A stretch of 64,000 nucleotides of DNA from Azolla caroliniana. Taxonomy: Eukaryota > Plantae > Polypodiophyta. The position numbers were made by a program, and so were the translations under genes. Positions 34,201 through 46,094 of the stretch are shown here, piece by piece (position 1 is the stretch's first letter; each line of letters begins with the position of its first letter). The notes beneath the pieces are model-generated. The model was given only the letters and a program-made list of their open reading frames with translations, was not told the origin of the DNA and did no database searches. The stretch spans positions 4,650,001-4,714,000 of the forward strand of contig JBHGNT010000016.1 of NCBI GenBank assembly GCA_043228905.1, in the 5' to 3' direction.

Positions 34201-37200
34201 GCCATGTAGGACGAGATGGATTCCCTGCATGAGAACCACACGTATGAATTGGTGGAGTTGCCGAAAGGAAAGCGGGCACTCCAGAATAAGTGGGTGTACA
34301 AGTTGAAACCGAGAGATGTCGGAAACCCCCCAAGGTACAGAGCCAGGATTGTGGTAAAGGGATTCCAACAGAAGAAGGGAGTGGACTTTGACGAGATATT
34401 TGCCCCGGTAGTAAAGATGACTTCCATCCGGACGGTGCTGAGCATAGCGGCGAGCATGGACCTCGAGGTAAAGCAGTTAGACATGAAGACGACGTTCCTG
34501 CACAGCGACCTCGAAGAGGAGATCTACATGCAGCAACTGGAGGGATTTGTGAAGAAAGGGAAGGAGCACCTAGTTTGCCGGTTGAAGAAGAGCCTCTACG
34601 GTTTGAAGTAGGCTCCCCAGCAATGGTACCGAAAGTTCGACTCCTTCCTGACGGATCAAGGATACCACAGGACGTAGGCCGATCACTGTACGTGGACGAC
34701 ATGTTGATCGTCGAACGAGACCAAGTCAAGATACGGACGTTGAAGAAGGCTCTGAACCGAACCTTCTCAATGAAAGACTTGGGTACAACAAGACAGATAC
34801 TAGGGATGCATATCCTCCGGGACCGGTCAAAGAAGCAATTGTGGTTGTCATAGGAGAAGTACGTAACAAAGGTGGTTCAGCGGTTCAACATGTCAGATGC
34901 TAAACCGGTCGGATCGACACTCCCTGCAAACTGCAGGTTATCTGGTAAGTAGAGCCGAAAGACGAAAGCAAAGAAGGCGAATATGATGAAGATACCATAT
35001 GCATCTACCGTTGGGAGCTTAATGTACGCAATGGTGTGTACCAGACTGGATATCGGATACACAGTCGAAGTGGTGAGCCGGTTTATGAGCAATCCCGGCA
35101 AGGGACACTAGAACGCGGTGAAATGGATACTCTAATCCTTGAAAGGCACCTCAAGTATGTGTCTCCGATTCAGCTCCGATAAACCCCAACTGGACGGTTT
35201 CACAGATTCGGATATGTCGGCTGATGTAGATACCAGCCGGTTCACATCCGGATATGTCATGACATACACAGGGGGAGTTGTTTCGTGGCAGTAGAGGCTT
35301 CAGAAGTTGGTTGCGTTGTCAACCATGGAAGCGAAGTACATGGCAGTTGTGGAAGCCGTCAAGGAAATACTATGGATGAAGGACTTCATCGAAGAGCTGG
35401 GGATCCAGCAAGAGGAATATCAGCTCTATTGCGACAGTCAAAGTGTCATCCACCTTGCAAAGAACGTTGTCGTGAAGATTTTCAGCAATGGTGTGAAAAT
35501 CGCATAAAACATACAAAATCGAGTATGAATCATATAAAACATTAATAGTGAAAATACTATTTTAAATAAGTTTAATATCTTAGTATAAAAAGATGGAGGT
35601 CTTCAAGAGCTTTCGAATTCACTTTACTACATAAGAAACGGACATCTAAGTCTCAAGTTATGTGGGTAGAAAGTTTGCAAAGGAAAAGAGAAAGATAAAA
35701 CTTTGAGATATCCCACATAGACAGGACAAATAAGGATCTCACCATATATAAGGCAGAGCAAAAGCTATTATCTTTGTGTTTATGTGTGGAGCATAGATAT
35801 TTCAAGGTGACTTGACCTAAGCTAATTGGATAAGTGGGTGCGATCGGCAAGCAGTGACCGGTTAGTTACCGGCAAGCGACTCGAGATGTGTACTGGGTCG
35901 GACCATCCGAATGCAAATCGGACGAATCGGTTGGGTCGGTTGATCGCAGTGCGTGGTGTCTTAAAGATATTTGGTCCAAAAGCCTAATAGTATTTTGTGC
36001 ATAAAAGATAAAAGAAAAAGATGTAAGCAAGACTCGAACTTTGCACCTCCAAGATTGGAAGCAATAAGCTTACCATTAAACCAAGTCATTTCTTTAGGAT
36101 TACATTTTTATCATTATAGCTTTACATGTAAATTCTCATATTAGAGCTTGATTGAGTGACATGTGATGCATGAGCGCCAAATGGCAAACATGCATCACAT
36201 GCATTCCATGCATTGTATGCATGTCTTTGTACCCTCACATGCATCATATGCATGGGAGCATCTATAAAAGGGTGGATGAAAAAGATCAAACGGGGCTTTG
36301 TACTTTATATATCAAAATTAATTCATTATCCAATTGATGTATTAATCTTGTTCTTCAAATCTAAAGTCAAGAGTTCAATCTTAATCTCTCTCAAATCTAA
36401 AGTCAACCGTTCAATCTTTATCTTAATCTCTCTCTCTTTCAATCTATCTTAATTCCTTTCTCGCTAAAGCTAGTGCAAACTTCGAGTCCTTCCGGTCCAG
36501 AACCCCGGTGGTTCCGCCTTGCGATCCACGCGTAGTGACAAATCTTCAAGACAACGCGGCGTATCATTCTAGGACGAAGCACATCCAGCGGAGGTACCAC
36601 TAGATCTGGGAGTGAGTGGAAGATCGAGAGTTCGTGTTGACGAAGATCCACATAGAGGAGAACGGGTCAGATATGCTGACCAAGGTGCTGACGCCCAACA
36701 AGTTGGACGCGTGTCGGAAGCAAATTGGACTAACCAGACATCCCATGCCGAAGTGAAGTAGGAGTTTGTTAGGATTTCAGTCCCTCCGGATGGGATGATG
36801 AAGGCCTGGTGAGAACTGGATGATGAAGACCCAACAAGGAAAACCCGGTGAGAACCGGATGACATAGGCCCGATTAGAACCTCTCACTGGATGAAGGGAC
36901 ATATATGGAAATATGTTTCTGAGAGCCCATTAGGGCTATATTTGTAAAGAGCCCGAAAGTCATATCAGTATAAATATGACCTAGGGCAAACATGTGTTAT
37001 ATGGTGTTAGTCATTCCTTGTGTTATTTTTGTAACGGTTGTACAAAGACAAAGAGAGAGTGTGTGTGTGAGAGTAGCTACGAGCACTCTCTGTTGTAACC
37101 GTCGCCAGGATGACCACGAGGTCATTGCCTCTATGCCCCCTATTGTATTCTTTGACATAGTGATAGTTTGGAGTCTGTGGGCTCCCGTGGTTTTTCCCTC

Positions 37201-37341
37201 TTAGGGTTTTCCACGTTAACATCTTGTGTACTTTCCCTTTTTTGTGTATACGTGTATCTATCTCTACATTCCCATTTCTGTGATTGTAAAAGAGATTTAA
37301 GACTCGATTGTGGCCAAGCATTATTCCACATATTCTTTTCA
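31226..37341 (+). mobile_element. Ty1/copia element G (family of A/I), full length but degenerate, inserted in gag of E
   Basis: LTRs 31226-31837 and 36767-37341. PBS TGGTATTAGAGC 31841-31852. PPT 36751-36766. Decayed TSD ATCTA/ATTTG (ancestral ATCTG). gag-PR-INT-RT-RH fragments. Confidence 0.92.
35468..36553. mobile_element. solo LTR (1086 bp), probably of the C/H gypsy lineage, in RNase H of G
   Basis: Termini TGTCGTGAAGATTT...AAATCTTCAAGACA. 4-bp TSD ACGT/ACGC. Interrupts HLAKN|AAYHSRTKH. No coding domains. Confidence 0.8.
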
Positions 37342-38098
37342 ATTTGCGACTCTCTGGCCTCCGTCAACGTGAACGTCAAGGAGGATGAAATGGTGCAGGT
37401 GTGTCTCGGTGGGTTAGTGTCAAAGTTCAGAGCATTCCGAATGGCGGTCTGCACAAGGGAGATTACACCTTTGTTCTTCGAGCTTCAGTCGATGTTGCTC
37501 ATGGAGGAAAATCACGCGGGTGCGTCAACAAGTACGCACACCAACAACAAGATATTGTACACGGAGGAAGATAGGCCCTGTAGTCATGGCGGATGAAGCG
37601 AATCGGTACGCAATGGAGGCGGCCAAAAAGAGTAGAACGTGCGGCATGATCGGAATGTCGGAACCAATTCCGAACCCTCCGGAAGTAGGGGGAGTAAGAG
37701 CGGTGCCGGAAGCCGACAAGAGAAGGCCGCAACGGAATGCTAGTATTGTGGCAAGAAAGGCCACAGGGAGAGTGAGTGCTGGAAGAAGAGGGACGATTCG
37801 GACAAAGCCGAATCGAGCGGTAGAGACATAGGAAGGCGTTAGAAATCGCACTACGCTGAGGGCTCTAAATGAGCCGGAAATGGATCGGCCCTAGCCTTTG
37901 TAATGAAGCACAAGGCCAATTCGATGGCCATGAACACCTCAAAATCGAGCGAGGTGTGGTATATTGATTCCGGAGAGTCAAATCATATGATCACTCATGA
38001 GGAATGGTTCTTGTACTTGTCAAACAAGGAGTGGTCGAAACGAGAGACGACACTCCGCATACCATCGAACATGTTGGCGAAGCTCCCCTCAGCCATGT

Positions 38099-41000
38099 TG
38101 TCATGTTGTTACACTCTCACGTATGAAATAAGGCGGGACCGTAGGGGCCCTGAACCGAGGAGCGTGAGAGAGAAGAGGGAGAGAGATTCACAGAAACACA
38201 GAGAGATAGAAATGAAAGGATCAATTCCAATAATAGTATAGATTATAGAGCTTGCAATGTTACACCCAGCAAGCCGGGGATAGACTCAACAGAGACAAAC
38301 ACACGCATTGAAATACGCAGTGGAGCCTCTACCGAAAGCACACGGGCTTTCACGCAGTAGAGGCAACAAACCTCACCCAAATCCCTATAGAAGGAACAAC
38401 GATAGTGGAGAAGAGAGCTTAGTTCCCAGGCCAACAACACTTCGTCCTCGAAAATGCGTGATTCCCCACTCTCCCCCCTTTCCTCTCCTTTTATAGCACA
38501 AGGAGAGATAGCCGTTACAGACTGTTACATCACTTTTATTCTCTGTCCTTTCGGACAAAGATCCTCTTCGATCCCCTACTTAACGAATTCGTGCTACCTA
38601 GGATAATTACATCGCCGACCTGTACTTAACTATGTAAATACATCAAAACATATGCCCGTGTGTAAGGGCCGGTTCACGTACACTACCCACCGATTCCTCC
38701 CACGGATGGTTTTCTCCACGACATCCGCCCCCACCTAACCGTGCATCCTCCGGTATGCGCCAGAATAGACTTCTGCCCGGAGAAGACCGGCCTGCAATTA
38801 TCTTTCACTCTTTGGTTCGCCACCCGCTCCGAACCGGTCATCATCCTCATCCTCGCTCCCCGGGTCTAGCTCGTCCTCGTGCCGCTTTTTGAACGCCTTG
38901 ATCCGCTTCCCAGCTACCGGTATTGTTAACAGCGTCCCGTCGAGCTCCAAAAGATGGTAGGTGCCATTGTTGTTCGCGCTCGTTACGGCGTAGGGCCCGA
39001 ACCACCTCCTCGCAAATTTGCGTATCGCCTCGTGCTGGTTGTCAAGGCTATTGTCGTACACCAACACCCAGTCGCCTTCTTCGATCTTCTTTGGCCGCAG
39101 CCGGTGTGTTCGGTCGAACCGGCCTTTGTTCCTCTCCCTCGCCGTTTGCAGCTTCGCCTTTGCCCGCTCCACATCCTTCGGCCTTCGCTCAAGCTGTCGA
39201 ATCCGTGCCGCCAACAGCTCTTCCCGGCCCATCTTGTTCCTCCAATCTATCGCTGCCCACGAGGAAATTGTCCGCTCCACTGGCATGACCGGTTTCTGCC
39301 CGTACATCAGCTTTGTCGGCATGTACCCGGTCACTGAACTATGCGTCGTCTAGTCTACCCATAGTGCATAAGGAAGCAGTCGTGGTCAATTCCCGACCTG
39401 TCCTCCGCATGCGCATACTAAAGCCTTCACAATCGGCCCGTGTCCGCGTTCTACCTTTCCGTTCGCCTCTGGGTTGTACGCCGTAGTGAGAGAGAGCTTC
39501 ACCCCCAACTTGTCGAATAACTCTTCAGCTTCTTGCGCATCCAGCTCTCCCCGGTCAGCCACGATCTTCCCTACGCACACGTATCGGCATACCACCTCTT
39601 CTATCAAGAACCTGCATACAACCATTGTTGTCTTGTTTTGCAGTGCACGGCCTTCGACCTGATTTGTTAAGTCCTCCCGCACAAGCACCAGATACGGCAT
39701 CTGTCCTACTCCCACTAGCATCGTTACTAAGTCCACCATCCATTTGAAGTGGACGATCGGTGGGTAAGTCGGGTGTAGCTCGTCTCGATGCCAGATTGTG
39801 GAGTGCATCTGACAACTCTCACATGTCGTCACGAACCGGTGCACGTCGTGGTACAAGCCCGACCACCAGTATTTCTCCTTCAACTTCTCAAGGCTGGCCC
39901 ATGTCCCGCGGTGTCCGGCCCAAGGGCTCTCGTGGTATGCTCTCATTAGCGCCTCTTGTTCTTCCCTTTCCGCTACCACCCGGAGTGGAACTCCGCCTCG
40001 CTTCTTTGGGTGCTTCCACATGCCTCTGTCTCGTAGGAAGAATCGGTAGGCATTCTTTCGGATCCGGTTCGCCTCGTCTTTAGTCCACGCCATGTCCGGC
40101 GTCATTGTCCTCAGGAACCTTCCAATCTGGAGCCACTCCCTGACATACTCGCTCTCATTGAACTCGTTGAACACCAGAGTCCTCCTTGCCCTTTTCGCTA
40201 TGCGAGCCGACTCGAAGAAGTCCTCACCAACTTCTTTGTTCTCCGAAACCATGTCGTCTTCGTCGTCGAACAGCGCTCTTGAAAGCATATCGGCCATGGT
40301 GTTGTCTTTACCGGACATGTGTCGTATCTCCAGATTTAGGGACTTGATGTACACGATCCACCTGAGCATTGCCAGGTCCGGGGTCGCGCATCCGGAAACC
40401 ATACGGAGAATCGGTAGGCAGTCCGTCTCGATTAGATAGTCCTTGTCCGCTTTGACTGTCTTTTAGTCTTCGGACCGATTCCGTATTTTCATTACTCCAT
40501 TCGAATTTTCGTCCTTTCTTTAACAACCCGTAGAGCAATTCCGTGATGTGTGCGTAGTGTGGGATTCAAATGTGATAGAACGTGCATGCCCCTAGGAACC
40601 TCCGTACCTCCGTAACCGACCTGCATTCTTCCTTCATCACGAAGATGGCCTCTACCTTTGCCGGAGACAGTTCCCAGCCGTAAGGCCTGCACAGGTGACC
40701 GACCACAAGGATCTCCGACTGCCTGGAAGCTGACTTCTCTCCGGAGAGGGTGAGCCGCACACCCTCTAGCCTTTGTAGCACCTTCTCGTAGTTGTCAACG
40801 TGGTATGCCACGAACCTCCGGCATCCGTCTGGCCCAACCGTTTCTTCCTTATCCTCCACCGGGCACCCCTTTATCGGTATATCATCCAGAAATGGCATGT
40901 TGATGTCCGGGATGCAGTCCCTCAGCACCTTGTTCATCGCATTCACCATGTGCGCCACTGAGTTTGTCCCTCCCTGCGGTAGGGTACACATCCGCACTAA

Positions 41001-44000
41001 GCCGAGAGGTGTCCGCATCGTCGTGACATCCCTGCTCTCCTCGGCTAGTTGGAACTGGTTGTACCCTGAGTATAGATCCCCAATCGAATAGATCAACCTC
41101 CCGGCGAAGGCCTCTGCAAACTCGTCAATCTTTGGTTTGACTCCTATGTTCCGAATGGTCACTTTATTGACCGGTTGCAGGTCCTGAATGAAGCACAGCG
41201 TGCCGTTCTTCTTCGGCACAGTAAACCACCAATTTGAATAAGGGGAACTCGATGGTTCGAGGATGCCCATCTCCACTTTCTGCTTCAGCAGCTCCATCAG
41301 CTTCGGGACGTGAGCTCTGGGTACCGGAATCAGTTTGAGATTCCACGGCACATGCGGCACCGTGAATATCACCATCATTTCTATGATCGTCGGGTTTACG
41401 CACCCGATCTCCTCCGGTGAGAATGTGAAGGATTTCCCGTGCCTTCCGAGCATCCTCCGTAACCGGTCCTCCTTCGCCGGCAGTAGGAAGCCACCCCCAC
41501 CGATCTCGAGCTCTCGTAGCATCATGCCGGGGAACCAGTGTCCTATGCCAGCCAGATTCCGCAAACTTGGGTCGGACGTGACGCCCTTTATTCGCTCCCC
41601 GCTGCCCTCCAGCAAGGGTGCCACGACTGGCCTCACCTTCCGGTCCACAGTCTTGTACTTCGTATCTACGGGGGCTGTCCAATCAAACCCGACCCTTTCC
41701 CCAAATTCAGTGATGACTTCCTACATCTCCACAGAACTAATCGGAACCGTCCGGTCCTCCCTGAGGCCTCCTACGAACACCTTCTGTAGTGCCCTCAAGG
41801 TGTCGTCAAAACAGACCGCCTCCACGGCACCGCTAATTTCTTCATTGGGGCCGAGGACTCCACACGTCCGGAGTCGTTCCTCCGCTCACTTCCTTTCCCG
41901 ACCGTTGATGTCGGTTATAGTATGACTTCCGTTATCGGAGAACTAAGATTTCCTTCCTATGGTACATATGTGGGGTTTCTACATGGTGTCCAGACTACCG
42001 CAGCCCCACGCCTTAATATCCCTCTCTAAAAATCCCCTCGGCTATCGACACCGAGGGTCTCGCGGTTACGCTCGTGGTTCGCCCGCACGGTCAGGAATTG
42101 GACGGAGCGACGTTCGTCTTGGCTTTTGACGCACGCGTACACCGAACCGTTGTCAAGCACTTTGGTCTCCATGCACGCCGCCGTGATGTATGGTTCGCCG
42201 AGAATCACCGGGTGTGAGGACGTCTCCTACACGAAGAAGTGTTGGTCAATTTTGACATCCCCAATCTTCACGCTTACATTCGGGCACACCCCGTGCAGTT
42301 CCTTCGTAGCGCGTGTCGCCGCACGTATTTTCCAACCGTGCTTGGTGTTGATGGGCCACTTCCCCATTTTGTAGAAGTCTATGGACATCATGGTAATCTC
42401 GACATCCCCAATCTTCACGCTTACATTCAGGCACACCCCGTGCAGTTCCTTCGTAGCACGTGTCATCGCACGTATTTTCCAGCCGTGCTTGGTGTTGATG
42501 GGCCACTTCCCCATTTTGTAGAAGTCCATGGACATCAGGGTAATCTCGACATCCCCAATCTTCACGCTTACATTCAGGCACACCCCATGCAGTTCCTTCG
42601 TAGCCCGTGTCGTCGCGCGTATTTTCCAGCCGTGCTTGGTGTTGATGGGCCACTTCCCCTTTTCGTAGAAGTCCATGGACATCAGGGTAATCTCCGAGCC
42701 GTGGTCTATCAACGCCACCACCGGCTCCTGGACGTCGCCAATCTGAATAGGGGTCTCTGTCGTGGCCCTGGCCCAGTGTAACTTCGAATAATGGCTTTCC
42801 GCCAACTCGTCCTCTAGGGCCATGTCTTCCAGGTGCATCGTCTGCACCTCCATGGGCTTCTCCGGTTCCGGCTCCGTCGAAAGCCACTTCCGCTTCAGCA
42901 AGTCCACGATAGAATCGTGGAACTCCTTCTTTGCGATTCCAAGCACTTGTTGTCGAGAATCCGCTCCTCTAGGACCTTTCGCACGGTCCGCTTCCTCCCT
43001 TCTCAACCGCACATCAGTGAGGCCTTCTAGCACCACTGGCCAGAACCCGGAGTCTTTCGTCTTCCGGTCTTCGTCACTCCCGACCCGGATTCCTGCCAAC
43101 GCCGAGTAGTGGATGGTCTCCACGTGGCGCGCCGCCGCTTCTTCCATTAGCCTCTTCATTCCTCCCCGTCCGATATTCAACTCCAGGGCTCTCCGGGTCT
43201 CTCTAGCGTGCACCCTCCCGTTCCATAGGTACACCATGTTAGCCCTTACTACTTCTGCGAAGTCCACGTAGTCCTTCCAGACGTGACTGACTGCGTCACA
43301 CCACAAGCATCGATGCCCACCCGAAGGCCGTCCCTCCTCGCTTGTGCAATCTGGACGTTTCGTACCATCTACCTCAGTTCTTCCAGAGCCGCTCTGGTGG
43401 ACGGGCCCTTGACCACGCTGGATGAGCCTGTCTCAAGCCAATCCTTGGTTTCCTCCTTGCGCGCCGACGGGGGTCCCTCGAGGTTTCTTGCCGCAACCGC
43501 TCCTGCCCCCGACGAGCCCTTATCGACCCACACACGTCGTTTGTCGAAACGGCCGCAGACCCCTTTTACCACGGACCAGTCGGCCGTCATCCCATCGTCC
43601 GTCTCCAGCAAGAGACCCACTTGCTCCCGATCCTGCACGTCCACAACTTTGACAAATAAAAGGACACAGCTCGAGTCTCGTATGGTCCTGTCCAGTGCCG
43701 AAAGACGTGCGAAGTGTTCCTCGAACTCCCGGAGGAGCGCCGACGCATTCCTCCCCTTTCCTGGGGTCTCTACCCAATCCATAAAGTCCCGCTTCGATAA
43801 GCAAATCGTTTCATCAAGCTTGTGCCGCTCGAGGAGCCGCGCTTCGAATTCCCCCCCAGGTCTGGCATCCAACCTACACCTCGAGCACCTCTGCGTGGAT
43901 GCCCGGTGTCGCTACCCGAGGGAACCCAGCCAAACGCCTCTCCTCCGGGATGTCCCTCATCACCATTTCGGCCTGGTAGGCCACCAAATAACTCATGGTG

Positions 44001-44435
44001 TCTTTCCAATCGAACCGACCTATTGTGCCGACAATTGCTTCAATGGCCCTATCGAGGGTGCCCGTGCTACACAGGCTTTCACGCAGCAGAAGCAACCAAC
44101 CTCACCCAAATCCCTGCAAAAGCAACAGTCACAGTGGAGGAGAGAGCTCGGTTCCGAGTCCGACAACACTTCGTCCTTGAAAATGCATGATCTCCCACTC
44201 TCCCCCCTTTCCTCTCCTTTTATAGCACTAGGAGAGAGAGTCGTTACAGACTGTTACATCACTTTTATTCTCTGTCTTCGATGTAATTATCACTTTGAAT
44301 TCGTGCTACCTAGGATAATTACATCGCTGACCTGTACTTAACTATGTAAATACATCAAAACATGTGCCCATGTGTAAGGGCTGGTTCACGCACACTACCC
44401 ACCGATTCCTCCTAGGGACGGTTTTCTCCACGACA
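38099..44435 (-). mobile_element. Ty3/gypsy element H (relative of C), degenerate, 5' LTR/PBS partly deleted
   Basis: 3' LTR 38099-38723, PPT 38724-38736, 5' LTR remnant ~44069-44435. TSD ATGT/AAGT. RT FLDDIPIKG, integrase RWFGPY. Confidence 0.93.
42254..42694 (-). repeat. three tandem 147-bp in-frame copies inside the H protease
   Basis: GACATCCCCAATCTTCACGC at 42254, 42401 and 42548. 49-aa unit EITLMSMDFY..KIGDV x3. Confidence 0.95.
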
Positions 44436-46094
44436 AAGTCGGGCAGAAAGGGAAACTCATGAACGTGTTGCACATCCAGACAATAACCAAGAACCTGGTG
44501 TCAGTCGGATAGATCATCGACCAAGGGTTGCAACTTCAATTCACGCACCTCGGGTGCTACATCGAAGAGGAAGGCAAAGTTATTGCGCAAGGGCGCCGTG
44601 AAGGGAGGATGTTTATCCTCGACACCAATCAAGCCGGAACCGCGTTGTTCGCGAAAGGACAAAAGGTCGAGTCGGACATCGACCTCTGGCACAAGTGGTT
44701 CGGCCACGTTAACTTCCCACGGCTTCGTGAAATGCAAACAAAGAACATTGTTTTCGGCTTGCCGAAATTTCGGGGCTGTAATGGCCAAGTCTGCGAAGCC
44801 TACCAACTCAGGAAGCAGCACTGACTTCCATTCCCCAATGAGCGTAATCGTAGTCAAAGTCCACTAGATTTTATTCATTCGGATGTATGGGGACTGGCAC
44901 AAAACGTGAGTCTTGGTGGAAGCCGTTACTTCATAACCTTCATCGATGACTTCACTCGGCATACCTAGGCATGCTTGATTGCAAAAAAGAGTGTAGTCCT
45001 CCCATGGTTCCTAAAGGTGAAGAACCTTGGAGAAAGGGAAATAGGGCGTAAGATCAAGTGCCTACGGTCCGAGTACTTCTCAAACTAGTTCACGAGTTAT
45101 CTACAAAAGGAGGGAATTCGATGCGAATTCTCGTGTAGATATACGTTGGAGCAGAATGACGTAGCCGAGTGGAAGAATCGAACGATCGAAGAAGCGGCCA
45201 GGGCAATGCTTGAAGGGAAGCATATGTCGAAGCTTTACTGGGTTGAAGCCGTAAGGACGGCTGTTTACTTGCAGAATCAAACCTCTGCTAATGGAGGAGT
45301 GTCGTCACATGAGTTGTATTACAGCAGGAAGACAAACATGGCACACTTGAGGATTTTCGGCAGCATTACGTATGTGCATGTGCCGAAGGAGAAGAGGACG
45401 AAGTTTGATGCCAAAGCTGAAAAGTGCATCTTAGTCAGCTATTCAGATGAGCAAAAGGGGTATAAGTGCTATAACCCCCGAACAAAGGAAGTTTGCGTAA
45501 GCCGAGATGTCGTGTTCAACGAGTCCGCTTCGTGGTACTTGCCTTCACCTCCAATACCTCAAGACTCCATTCTAAATTCTGAAGAAGAGATAAGCGAGGC
45601 TGAGATGCCTCTGCATGATGAGGAAATAGGAGCTCTGACAAAGAGTCCAATCTCATTTGGGCTAAGTGGGCCGAATGAGGGGTCGGCCCGAGATGGCCAA
45701 CTGTAAACGTAAGTGTTTGTGGAAGCGTAAAATAGAGAACAACACACAGAGAGAGAGACAGAGAGAGAGAGAGAGAGCGAGAGCACAATTTCAAAATTAT
45801 ATGAAGTCTCTGTATACACACTGTGCTAAGTAGCACTATTTATACAAGTCCTCTTGGGACTGACAGAAGTACCATGTACTTCAATGCTCACACGAGCATC
45901 TGACACTTACTACGAGACTATAGCTACCTAGTAGTCTATCCTATACTAGGCTTCCGATTGGACTTCCGGTTACGGATTGCCTCCACTGCTTGCCGGTTCG
46001 GTTGCTCACCGTCATACCGATCCGTTTCGCCCGATCCGTCTCGCTTACCGGCTCCGGCTTATTCAGCCAATCCAGCTCCGGTTGAGCTTGCCGC

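Noticed and set aside
43283-44341. 352-aa plus-strand ORF, and similar ORFs at 24214-25038 and 26549-27220
   Set aside because: Antisense shadows of GC-rich gypsy coding DNA running into LTR, with no recognisable motifs.
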